From an uncultured delta proteobacterium (GTDB lineage Bacteria; Desulfobacterota; Binatia; UBA9968), in assembly GCA_963816145.1 (NCBI GenBank), contig CAWFJP010000001.1, positions 128,001 to 192,000 of the forward strand: a DNA stretch of 64,000 nt. Reading direction: 5' to 3'. Under the pieces are notes generated by a model. It saw only the letters and a list, made by a program, of their open reading frames with translations. It was not told the DNA's origin and did not search any database. Both the position numbers and the translations under genes were made by a program. How positions within the stretch are numbered: the first letter of the stretch is position 1; every line of letters begins with the position of its first letter. Positions 32,566 to 41,823 of this stretch are shown here, in pieces.

Positions 32566-34147
32566 GAGTTTGCGCTGCAGAAACGATCGTTTTTAGCAGG
32601 CCGGATGTGATGGCAGCAACAGCAGAGCAAGATTTTACCTCTCGGTTAACCGCTTGGTGCAGCGCGAACCACAACCAACTCAAAAATGGCGTCGCGCATG
32701 CCTATGACACCTCAGCAAGCCGTGGATATTTAGAATTGGAGCGCCCACATGCGGCGCAGGTTGAGCGCCAGACACACCAAGCCCCACTCGCCCGCGACTT
32801 TGTCGATCCCTCGTAAACTGAATTGACGAAACCCCATCGCATGCTTGATCCAACCAAATACCGGCTCCACGATCGCTTTGCGCCGCCGATAGTGCGCTTG
32901 ACCTTCTTTGCTGGCCAGCCGCTCGGCCATGCGCACCGTAGCGGGATACAGCTTGGGATCAATCGCCGCTTGATCTTTTCCCTCCCGCCCCAACGCCACC
33001 AACACTTCCATCCCCTCATAATTTTGCGTTGCCAGTTTCGCAAAGCCATCTTCGGAGCGAAAACCCGCATCGCCCAACACTCGTTTGGGCAGAAGGCCGA
33101 GATTCTCCTTAACCGCTTCCACCATCGGCACCAATTGCTCGTTGTCCGCCGCGTTGTTGCCCAGCCCAATCGCCACGATCAGCTGACTGTCACCATCGAC
33201 CACCACCTGCGCGTTGTAGCACTGTTCAAAACTCCCGCCCATCTTCATGATGCGCGACTGGGGATCGGTGAAGTTATCCTGCGCTTTGTCCTGGGGTACC
33301 CCGAAGGGCCGCTTGAACGGCCGCCCGGCTCCATCCCCTCGGCGCTGCTCATCATCGGGATGGCGCCCCCGCTCCCGATCGGCTTGAGCTTGGCGCTCTT
33401 CCAAGCGTTGCTTGGCCGCTTCAATCTTGGCCAAACGATCTTGCCGTCTTTTGAGCTCCTGGGGCAGCGGCTCTTCGCTCTGATCCGCTCCCCATTGTGC
33501 GTCCTCTTGAACGTCGGTCTGTTGCGCTCGCTCCAACAGCGCTTCGATCTCCGCTTTAAGCTTTTGTTCTTGTTCCTTCATCCGCCCGTAGCTCATCGCT
33601 TTGTGCTTGCTCGCCTGCGCTTTGACTTTGGTCCCATCCAACGCCACCGTCCCAAGCTTGACCAATCCCATCTCTTTGGCCAGCCGCGCCACCGCGACAA
33701 ACAACTCTTTAAGCTCTGGCAAATGCCTCATCCGAAATTCACAGATCGTTCGGTGCGATGGAAAATTGCCTGCTCCCAAGACCCGAAACCCTACGTCCTC
33801 GTAAAGCTTTCGCGCCAGCTGGCGCGAAGAGAAGACTCGGGTGGCATACCCGTACACCAACACCTTGACCAACAGCGCTGGATCGTACGGCTGGTTTCGC
33901 CGCCCGTCTCCTTCGTAGCGGGCATAAAACTTCCCCAACTCCAACCGATCGATGATCTCGCTGACGAAATACACCAGATGATCTTCGGCCAACCACTCCG
34001 ACGGCGAGGGCGGTAGCAAAAATGTCTGATTCGGCTCGTAGGGAAGAAAAGATGTCGACATCTCCACCTCACACTCAGCGCAACATTTCTTTTCCTTATA
34101 CGCCCTTGCGAATCAGAGACAAGAATATTTTTCTGCGGCGCAAACTC
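32566..34147 (-). mobile_element. Complete IS1182-family insertion sequence (1582 bp)
   Basis: TIRs GAGTTTGCGCTGCAGAAA / GAGTTTGCGCCGCAGAAA (17/18); CTAG on both flanks (32562-65 and 34148-51). Confidence 0.93.
32730..34067 (-). CDS. IS1182-family DDE transposase
   Basis: PYDPALLVKVLVYGY, PSHRTICEFR, ALDGTKVKA, NFTDPQSRIM, YNAQ, DAGF, YRRRKAIVEPVFGWIK. Confidence 0.95.
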   Translation of the reverse strand: MEMSTSFLPYEPNQTFLLPPSPSEWLAEDHLVYFVSEIIDRLELGKFYARYEGDGRRNQPYDPALLVKVLVYGYATRVFSSRQLARKLYEDVGFRVLGAGNFPSHRTICEFRMRHLPELKELFVAVARLAKEMGLVKLGTVALDGTKVKAQASKHKAMSYGRMKEQEQKLKAEIEALLERAQQTDVQEDAQWGADQSEEPLPQELKRRQDRLAKIEAAKQRLEERQAQADRERGRHPDDEQRRGDGAGRPFKRPFGVPQDKAQDNFTDPQSRIMKMGGSFEQCYNAQVVVDGDSQLIVAIGLGNNAADNEQLVPMVEAVKENLGLLPKRVLGDAGFRSEDGFAKLATQNYEGMEVLVALGREGKDQAAIDPKLYPATVRMAERLASKEGQAHYRRRKAIVEPVFGWIKHAMGFRQFSLRGIDKVAGEWGLVCLALNLRRMWALQF

Positions 34148-34779
34148 CTAGACCGTTTTTGTCAAATCAAAATCGGCGAGCTTATAAATCCTCGGCTCGG
34201 CGCATTCTTGATTTACGCGATTTTCAAAAAAGGTAAGCAAAAGGTTGGCCACAAGGCGATTCTAATTGCCGTTAAAATGGGTAATTTAACCGCGGCTTAC
34301 TAAAATCTCCTCGGTAACCTCTTGCCGTCAAAGAAAGGCTTCTCAAATACAACCACTTAGCAGCTCCGGGATAAAGAGAAGAAACGAGTAATCGAGCCTT
34401 GCAAAAACTACCCAGGAGCGGCTGAGTTCGCCAAAACCGATGAGGTAGAGCAAGCGCCGGCAACCAATCGTAGGCAATTTATGTCACCTTTGTGACTGAA
34501 TTGTCCATGCGCTTGGCGGCCGCGCTTTTTGTCTGCCGATGCAGCGTAAATAGGAAATTAATCTGTGAGACCGTGCGGTTATTCCGGGTCGATGGAAACC
34601 TGATCGGCCTCGCCCGTCATCTTAATCGGGGCTCGCGTCGGCACCGGAACCTAGCTGCGTTTGGCTCGAACGGCGCGCCGAAGCCAACTGCTTTGCCTTA
34701 AATCGATTGCTGCAACGAGAAGCAATTCACTGGAAAGATGAAACTCGCTAAGCTGTCCGGCTCGACGGTGGTCGACGGA

Positions 34780-35307
34780 TTACGCAGTAAGGGATAAATC
34801 GCTTTCAGACGCTGGAGAATTTTTTTGTTGCAACGACAAATCAGCGATGAAATTGTGCAAGCGATCATTTTGCGACTTGGTCAAATGGAGAAATTCCAGT
34901 CGCAGATAATTCTGACTCACGTCGCGGGCCACGGCCGCTTCCACCACAATGGTAGGCATATCCTTAGAAGTCTGGAGTGATATGCGAAAAATCGTCCCCG
35001 GTGCAAATTTTGCCGCAGCTCGGATGGCGCAGCCAGCGATCGACAAGTCGGCCATCGTTCCCCTAATCTGAACCGCACCGCTCGTAAAGGTTACCGGGAA
35101 ATTCGACGCCAATCGCTCATAGTTGCGCCGATCGTCCTCGACGCTTAAATATTTCACTCCCCATTGAAGTGACTTGAAACGATGTCCGCAGAGCTGACAG
35201 CGGAATGGATAGAAATAGAGTGAATTAAGTAAACGATCTTGGAGCGACTCCCCAGCAACTCGCTTGACATATTCGCTAGAACATTCTGGGCATCTAAGCT
35301 GCGACAT
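34780..35307 (-). CDS. PilZ-domain protein with N-terminal zinc ribbon
   Basis: CPEC..YPFRCQLCGHRF; c-di-GMP-binding motifs RRNYER (RxxxR) and DLSIAG (DxSxxG). Confidence 0.85.
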   Translation of the reverse strand: MSQLRCPECSSEYVKRVAGESLQDRLLNSLYFYPFRCQLCGHRFKSLQWGVKYLSVEDDRRNYERLASNFPVTFTSGAVQIRGTMADLSIAGCAIRAAAKFAPGTIFRISLQTSKDMPTIVVEAAVARDVSQNYLRLEFLHLTKSQNDRLHNFIADLSLQQKNSPASESDLSLTA

Positions 35308-35436
35308 GGACTTTGATATTCTAATATCTGGTTACTTTTCGGCTCATTTTCCCGTCGAGTTCTATCGATTCATCAGCAATAATTGAGCCAACTGAACGAC
35401 CGTCGGCTTCATGCCGAGGCGTTCTGCATGGCGTCC

Positions 35437-35720
35437 ATGCTCCAACCCAACTCGCAACGGCTCGAAGACCGCAAGAAATATTCGCAGATTATTGCCGGCT
35501 ACAACCGCAGCGAGGAGCGCGTCACCATCGAGAAAACCGTCGCAAGCCTGGTGAATATAGCCAAAAGCCTTGACGGGGAATAACGTCGTGCAGGCGAAAA
35601 AGGTTTGCGCGAGGAGGATTTCGCGTGCTTCGATATAGTGAAAAACTCAGTAAAGCCGAATGGGTAAGGCTGAAGCAAGCGAGCCGGAGCCTGATCGATT
35701 CGCGACGTAAATTAACTGCC
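35437..35720 (+). pseudogene. Relic of the type I restriction subunit HsdR C-terminus (DUF3387-like)
   Basis: KKYSQIIAGYNRSEERVTIEKT..SLDGE*RRAGEKGLREEDFACFD, then after a frameshift EKLSKAEWVRLKQASRSLI. Resembles the HsdR tail as I recall it; in-frame TAA at 35581. Confidence 0.65.
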
Positions 35721-36054
35721 TGCCTAAATAATCCGCTCACGCCTGCATCATCTTGCGCCGTTCCGACAGATGGGCGGCGAAGTTGTCAGCCGCGCGCAGG
35801 GCGTGGCGATCCGCGTATGCGAGCTGGCGCTCGATCGCTTGATGATTCCCGCCTTGTTCGTGCGCCAACATCGACGCCATGCTAAAAAAACCATCGCCGG
35901 TTATCTCGTCCTACCCGTGCGCATCAAATGAATCCTGCATATATGTATGGAGGAATATCCGGCCTGACCAGAAGCCGCTCGTCCGTATGGATAGGATGAT
36001 GACTATCAAACATGATAATTCCTAAGCGCCATGAAATTGACCGTCCGAGAGTGC

Positions 36055-36410
36055 CTAGTGTCCCGGCGCAGAAGTTGGTTGAACAAAAGCCGTATCGGTT
36101 CGGACGATCCCCCCTTTAGAAAAGGGGGAAAGGGGGGATTTTCTTGCGCGCACACACGTCAAATCCCCCTCGGTCCCCCTTTTTCAAAGGGGGAGGCTCT
36201 GAGCCTTTTAGTAAACGAACCTCTGGACCATGACACTCGTGTGACGACGCAAAAGTTCGCTACAAAATTCATCCGTCATTCCGGGCAAGCTGGCGATAGC
36301 TAGCGCGACCCGGAATCCAGGAAAATCGCCAACCTGGATGCCGGCTTTCTCCGGCATGACGATATCAGGCCGTCCGACTTGTTTTGCGAACTTCTGGGCC
36401 ATGACACTAG
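36055..36410. mobile_element. Two tandem MITE-C units with CTAG-flanked TGTC..CAGAAGTT ends, each holding a different REP doublet
   Basis: Left CTAGTGTCCCGGCGCAGAAGTT; right AACTTCTGGGCCATGACACTAG; internal junction ..GAACCTCTGGACCATGACA-CTCG-TGTGACGACGCAAAAGTTCGC at 36236-39. Confidence 0.72.
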
Positions 36411-36756
36411 CGCCGCCGGGCAAAAGTCCGTTTCGGACTTGGTCGAAGAATCGCGACGTTGGCGTGCAAGCCCGCATACAAGCGACAGTGCTGCGATGTG
36501 ACAACGACAATCTTGGCGATCACCAAGCTGGCTGGCAGCGTCCGGGAAGCACGCTTGGATTTCGCGCTCGGCTCCGGTTTAGATTTTGCGCAAGAAAAAA
36601 GCGATAATCGCGCAATCGAGTGGGTCAAAATCAACGATTATTACGGTCGTATACCCGGATGCAAAACGAGAAACACTTGCAAACTACATCCACCCGCGCA
36701 TCGTTTGGGGAGACCCCGCAACTCGTTTCCCTGCGGCCCGTTTCCGATCGATCCTT

Positions 36757-37167
36757 CCTCCCTTTTTTAAAGGGAGGTTAGGAGGGATTTTCCACAAATT
36801 GAAAGATCGCCTCCAGCACGGACTCTGTCTCTAGCAACACTTGTCGGTCGTCAAAGCGAATGACTTTCAATCCTCGCTCCTCGAGATCCTTGGTCCGTTG
36901 AGCGTCGTAGTTTGCTTGTCCGCGTTCCAAATGCTGAGCGCCGTCCAGTTCGATGACTAGTTTTGCTGCCGGTGCATAAAAGTCAGCGATGTAGTTACCG
37001 ATGGGCTTTTGCCTGTAGAATTGCCCGCCGCGAATTTGTTTTCGCCGCAGGCGATGCCATAAATAAAGTTCGGCATCGGTTGGATGGGCACGCAAGCAGC
37101 GAGCTTTGGCCTTGAGCCTTCGATTGTAGGTGAACACCTGACAAATCCCCCCGGCCCCCCTTTTTCA
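36757..37167 (-). mobile_element. Palindrome-flanked DUF559 unit (REPtron-like)
   Basis: CCTCCCTTTTTTAAAGGGAGGTTAGGAGGGATTT at 36757-36790 contains the gene's stop codon. The inverted partner AAATCCCCCCGGCCCCCCTTTTTCA at 37143-37167 is cut by MITE-B. Confidence 0.7.
36778..37137 (-). CDS. DUF559 / Vsr-like PD-(D/E)xK endonuclease
   Basis: ARCLRAHPTDAELYLW..LR, FYRQKPIGNYIADFY, LVIELDGAQH, YDAQRT, GLKVIRF. Confidence 0.92.
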   Translation of the reverse strand: MFTYNRRLKAKARCLRAHPTDAELYLWHRLRRKQIRGGQFYRQKPIGNYIADFYAPAAKLVIELDGAQHLERGQANYDAQRTKDLEERGLKVIRFDDRQVLLETESVLEAIFQFVENPS

Positions 37168-37385
37168 GGGTCATCGCGTAATCGAGTGGGCGATGACTTA
37201 ATGGCAAATTACTCTCCCATGGCCGGTTCCTCCCTTTCGCAAAGGGAGGTTAGGAGGGATTTTTCATGGTTTGAAAGATCGTCTTCTGCACAAAATCCCC
37301 CCAACCCCCCTTTTCTAAAGGGGGGTGAAACCTACAAGAACAGCATTTCTCAACAAATTTCACCCATTCGATTACGCGAAGAACC
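37168..37385. mobile_element. MITE-B copy 2
   Basis: Near-identical to 26993-27205 and in the same orientation; no convincing TSD. Confidence 0.85.
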
Positions 37386-37398
37386 TTTCTTTATGACG

Positions 37399-39006
37399 TT
37401 ACTGCTCCAGCCAGGTGCGCCAGAGGCCGCCTTTGGCGTGAGTGTATTCCTGTCCCGGACCGCGGTCCCAGTTCTTCACTTTGTCGCGCCAGACGAAGTT
37501 TCGGTCGTTGGCCCAGCCGATTACGTAGTAGGCGACGTCATCGACAAAATACTTTTGCGCCAGCTTGTTCCAGATCGCCAGCCGTTTGGCGCGGTTCGGC
37601 TCTTCCATGTACTGAGTAATCAAATTTCCCAACTCAGCCGTGCAGATTTTGGCAACGTTGCCGACACCGGCTTTACCGCCGGTGCAGGAAATGTACTGCT
37701 CGTTGGCGACCAGCGGTTCGCCATTGCCGCCAGCTCCATACACCGAGACGTTCAACTCGCCGGCGACGGTTTTTTGAATCAGCTCAGCGCCGGCGAGGTT
37801 CTGAATCGAAAATTTGATGCCCGCCTCGGCCGCTTGACGCGTCACCGCCTCGGCCCAGGGGTCGTCCTGGCCCTGAGTCGATCCCAAAGTGATCGGTTTG
37901 CCGGCGTAACCGGCTTCCTTCAGCAAACGCTTGGCTTCTTCGAGGTTGCGTTTCCATTTAAACTTTACCGAAGTCTCCCAGTCGGTTTCAGCCGCCGCCC
38001 AGGTCAGTACCGGAACACCGAAGCCAAAGGTCGCTTCTTTCATGATCGCGTCTTTGTCCAAGGCTAAGGCGATGGCTTTACGCACCCGAGGATCCGACGT
38101 CGGCGCTAACTGGGTGTTCAACACCAACTGTTTGATGCCGGCCATGCCGATGGATTTGAATTGCATTCCCTTCAGCGCGCCGCTTTTGATGCGCTGCACG
38201 AAGGTTGGACCCAAGCGCTCCGTCAAATCGATGTCCCCTGCCTGGATGGCTGAGGCGCGCGATGTCGCTTCGATGATGACGCGGAACCGAACACCGTCCA
38301 AGTATGGCGCGCCGCCCCAGTAGTCGTCATTGCGCACGACCTCGTACTCCTGGCCCGGGATCCACGCCTTGAATTTGAAGGGACCGGTGCCGGGCGGCGG
38401 ATTGCTGCCGATCATCTTTTGCTGGCCCGGCGCCAGCGACTCCTTGGGTGCAATGTGCAAAGTCTGGCTGTCGGCAAAAATCTCCGGCAGCAAACCGCGC
38501 GGACCGGGACAAGTGAATTTCACCGTATAGTTGTCCAAGGCAACGGCGTCACGAACGTTGCTCGATAACTGCCCCTGGCCTGCGGCGCCGTTGGCGGGGT
38601 TCATGATGTGCTTTACCGACCAGACCACGTCATTGGCCGTCATCTCCTTGCCATCGTGGAACTTCACGCCGCGGCGAATCTTGAACGTCCACTCGCTCGA
38701 ACTGGCGTTGGTCGTCCAGCTTTCCGCGAGCCAGGGATGAATCTCGCCCTTCTGGTCGAACATGACCAGCGGTTCGTAGACGTTATCTTTCACGTATTGG
38801 CTTATGGAAGTGTAGGCAACGAAAGGAATCGGCGTGCCAATGTCCTTGACGATGCCAAACTTGAGCGTGCCACCGATGCGCGGTTTCCCGGCTGCCGGAG
38901 CCTGAATCGCCGGGGCGGCGGCCGGTTCGGCTTTGGCAACTACCAACAACAACGCGGCGGCCACCATCAGCCCGCGCGCGACGCCTTTCCTGGTCTGCTG
39001 TTTCAT
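37399..39006 (-). CDS. ABC transporter substrate-binding protein, family 5 (peptide/nickel)
   Basis: Signal peptide; VYEPLV, PWLAESW, IRRGVKFHDG, GTGPFKF, RNDDYWG, DPRVRKAIALALD. Confidence 0.92.
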   Translation of the reverse strand: MKQQTRKGVARGLMVAAALLLVVAKAEPAAAPAIQAPAAGKPRIGGTLKFGIVKDIGTPIPFVAYTSISQYVKDNVYEPLVMFDQKGEIHPWLAESWTTNASSSEWTFKIRRGVKFHDGKEMTANDVVWSVKHIMNPANGAAGQGQLSSNVRDAVALDNYTVKFTCPGPRGLLPEIFADSQTLHIAPKESLAPGQQKMIGSNPPPGTGPFKFKAWIPGQEYEVVRNDDYWGGAPYLDGVRFRVIIEATSRASAIQAGDIDLTERLGPTFVQRIKSGALKGMQFKSIGMAGIKQLVLNTQLAPTSDPRVRKAIALALDKDAIMKEATFGFGVPVLTWAAAETDWETSVKFKWKRNLEEAKRLLKEAGYAGKPITLGSTQGQDDPWAEAVTRQAAEAGIKFSIQNLAGAELIQKTVAGELNVSVYGAGGNGEPLVANEQYISCTGGKAGVGNVAKICTAELGNLITQYMEEPNRAKRLAIWNKLAQKYFVDDVAYYVIGWANDRNFVWRDKVKNWDRGPGQEYTHAKGGLWRTWLEQ

Positions 39007-39262
39007 TGTCACCCTTTCCTTTTTGTCGCTGCCAGCGCCGCGCGCTTGGCGATCGAACGGCGCCGATGACAGCTTAGATGGCACTCTCGCCAAGCAGCGG
39101 AACGCTAGCACCGGGTCGCGACGAGTGTCAAGGATTTCTCAGCGTTTACGCGTCGTGCGCTTGTCATACTTCGGATCTTTGTTGTACGATCCGGCGGCTT
39201 TCCGCTGATGACAGCAATTGTTTTCTGTCGCCGCACAGGGATTTTATCAGGAGGATTTGGCG

Positions 39263-40222
39263 ATGCGCCTGCGCTACATCGCGATGCGTTTGTTGCAATT
39301 GATTCCGCTGGCCCTGGTGGTCACCATGGTGGTGTTTTTTGTCATGATGATCGTGCCCGGAGACCCGGTCATGGTGATGCTCGGCGCGGTGGACGGCGCG
39401 CAAGTTTCCCGCGAGGTCTATGAAGCCATGCGCGTGCGCTTGGGATTGGACCAGCCGCTCATCGTCCAATATCTCCACTGGCTGACGAATCTGCTTCAGG
39501 GCGATCTCGGCATGTCCATCACGCACCGGACCGCAGCCCTGGAAGTCATTCTGCAGCGCCTGGTGCCAACCCTGTATTTGATGGTTGGCGGCCTGATCAT
39601 GGCGGTCATCATCGCCGTGCCCGCGGGCGTGTTGGCAGCGATTCACAACAACACTAAATGGGACCACCTCGCCACGGCTTTCGTTGTCGCCGGTATTTCG
39701 GTGCCGACCTTTTGGCTGGCTCTGGTCGCCGTGTTGATCTTCGCCGTCTACCTCGGCTGGCTGCCGGCGATCGGCTATACCCGCCCGCAAGATGACTTTG
39801 TCGATTTCTTAAAGCATATCGCCTTACCGATGAGTGTCGTGGCCTTGAATATTGCCGCCACGGTCCTACGCTTTCAGCGTCAGGACTTCCTTGAGCAAAT
39901 GGACCAGGATTATGTTCGCACCGCGCGCGCCAAGGGGTTGAGCGAGCGACTGGTGCAGTGGAAGCATGTGCTGCGCAACTCGCTGATCACGACATTCACC
40001 GTGGTCGGCTTGCAGATGGCCTACTTGAGCGGGCTGATCACCATCGTCGAGTCGGTTTTCAATTATCCCGGCATCGGCTATCTGCTGCTCAACTCGATCC
40101 GCACGCGGGATTTCATAGTCGTCCAGGGTGTCGTCCTGTTCATGGTTTTTCTCGTCATCGTCGTCAACCTGATCGTCGATCTACTCTACACGGTGCTCGA
40201 CCCACGGATCCGCTACAGTTAG
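39263..40222 (+). CDS. ABC permease, DppB/OppB-like
   Basis: PGDPV, LGLDQPLIVQY, GDLGMS, DYVRTARAKGL, VESVFNYPGIG, LDPRIR. Confidence 0.93.
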   Translation: MRLRYIAMRLLQLIPLALVVTMVVFFVMMIVPGDPVMVMLGAVDGAQVSREVYEAMRVRLGLDQPLIVQYLHWLTNLLQGDLGMSITHRTAALEVILQRLVPTLYLMVGGLIMAVIIAVPAGVLAAIHNNTKWDHLATAFVVAGISVPTFWLALVAVLIFAVYLGWLPAIGYTRPQDDFVDFLKHIALPMSVVALNIAATVLRFQRQDFLEQMDQDYVRTARAKGLSERLVQWKHVLRNSLITTFTVVGLQMAYLSGLITIVESVFNYPGIGYLLLNSIRTRDFIVVQGVVLFMVFLVIVVNLIVDLLYTVLDPRIRYS

Positions 40223-40239
40223 CCGTGGAAAAATTCGTC

Positions 40240-41169
40240 ATGAAAGCTCAAACCGTCGACCAATCTGCAAGCTTGGGAATTCCGGCTGCGCGGTCTTCAA
40301 CAGCGCTGCGCAGCGTCCTTGCGTTGGTCGGCAGCGACCGGCGTTTCATGGTCGGCGGCCTGCTGCTGATCTTCTACATTCTCATCGCCCTGATTGGACC
40401 CGGTATCTCGCCCCATGATTTGGATGCCCCCAACCTAGACGTGCGCCTGGGGGCGCCGACGGCAACCCATTGGCTCGGCACCGACCGCATCGGCAGGGAC
40501 GTCTTGACCCGCATCATCGCCGGCTCTCGGGTCAGCCTGGAAGTGGCGGCGGGGGCGGTGCTGATGGCGTTGATGATTGGCGCGCCGCTCGGCGCTGTGG
40601 GCAGCTACGTTGGCGGAAAAATCGATGCGCTGGTGCAGCGAGTGATGGAGGGGATCATGGCTTTTCCGTCGCTCGTGCTTGCGCTGGCACTGGTAGCGCT
40701 GGCCGGACCGAGCGTCTTTATGCTCTGGTTCGCCATCGCCTTCAGCTCGGTTCCGCGCTACGCGCGCCTGATCAGAAGCGGCGTGCTGACACAGAAAGAG
40801 CGCGAGTATGTGCTCGCAGCGCAGGCCATGGGACAAAGCCCGCTGCGGATCTTGATCAAACAAATTCTGCCGAACATCATGGCGCCCATCGCGGTGCAAG
40901 TAACACTCGACTTTGCTCGAGCCATCAGTGTAGAAGCGTCGCTCAGCTACCTTGGTCTTGGCTTGTCAGTTCCCTACATCAGTTGGGGCACGATGATCCG
41001 GGACGCCCAAGACTTTTTAGAAGTAGCGCCGTGGTTGGCGATTTTTCCCGGACTCGCCTTGGCGGGAGTCATCGTCGCCTTTACCTTGGTAGGTGACGCT
41101 CTGCGCGACCGCATGGACCCGCGCTTGCGCAGAAGCTTGAGTAGGCAACTTAGAGGTCGACATGAATGA
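40240..41169 (+). CDS. ABC permease, DppC/OppC-like
   Basis: HWLGTDRIGRDVLTR, EYVLAAQAMG, ILPN, EASLSYLGLG, GDALRD..DPR. Confidence 0.93.
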   Translation: MKAQTVDQSASLGIPAARSSTALRSVLALVGSDRRFMVGGLLLIFYILIALIGPGISPHDLDAPNLDVRLGAPTATHWLGTDRIGRDVLTRIIAGSRVSLEVAAGAVLMALMIGAPLGAVGSYVGGKIDALVQRVMEGIMAFPSLVLALALVALAGPSVFMLWFAIAFSSVPRYARLIRSGVLTQKEREYVLAAQAMGQSPLRILIKQILPNIMAPIAVQVTLDFARAISVEASLSYLGLGLSVPYISWGTMIRDAQDFLEVAPWLAIFPGLALAGVIVAFTLVGDALRDRMDPRLRRSLSRQLRGRHE

Positions 41170-41394
41170 TCGATTCGCCCCAGAGTGCTCACAAACCGAC
41201 GTAAAGAGGTCTACTTCGTTCGTATGCTAAAATTCCGCCTTCAGGTTAACTAATCAACCGGGCATTTCGCGATCGGGGTATGAACCCCGCTCGCGACCAA
41301 AGGGGATGTTCAACCCCCTTTGGAAACCCCAACAATTTTGTGCCCGCAGCAAGCTGCGGGGAATATTAGATTCAATTAATCCCGAGGAGGTACC

Positions 41395-41820
41395 ATGAGC
41401 ATCGCGGCAATTGATCACTGGGTATTAGTAGTCAAGGACTTGGAAGCAACCTTCGCTTTCTACCGCAAGCTCGGCCTTGAGGCGGGTTGGCAAGAACGAC
41501 CCGGTGGGCGGGGCAAACGTCCGATCATCCGCATCAGCGAGACCCAGAAGCTAAACCTTTACGTCGTCGATCGCTATGAAATCGAGAGCCCGACCCACGC
41601 GCCGGGGTACGCATTGGGATCGGCGGACTTCTGCCTGCGCTGGGAAGGAACCGTGCAAGAGGCGCAGGACTTTCTCAAGCAGGCCCGAGTTGCGGTGCTC
41701 CAAGAGCCGGCCGCCCGCTCAGGCGCTCTGGGTCCGGGGACCAGTCTGTACGTGCGCGACCCCGATGACAACCTGATCGAGCTGATCACCTACGGCGACC
41801 CCAAGTATAAGCAGGGTTGA
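41395..41820 (+). CDS. VOC/glyoxalase family protein
   Basis: IDHWVLVVKDLEAT..FY, GSADFCL, SLYVRDPDDNLIEL; GAGGAGG RBS. Confidence 0.9.
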   Translation: MSIAAIDHWVLVVKDLEATFAFYRKLGLEAGWQERPGGRGKRPIIRISETQKLNLYVVDRYEIESPTHAPGYALGSADFCLRWEGTVQEAQDFLKQARVAVLQEPAARSGALGPGTSLYVRDPDDNLIELITYGDPKYKQG

Positions 41821-41823
41821 TCT

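Noticed and set aside
32823-34016. 397-aa plus-strand ORF
   Set aside because: Antisense shadow of the IS1182 transposase with no recognisable motifs.
26993-37385. Composite transposon bounded by the two MITE-B copies
   Set aside because: Copy 1 has its own near-perfect 8-bp TSD, indicating an independent insertion, and the outer flanks do not match each other.
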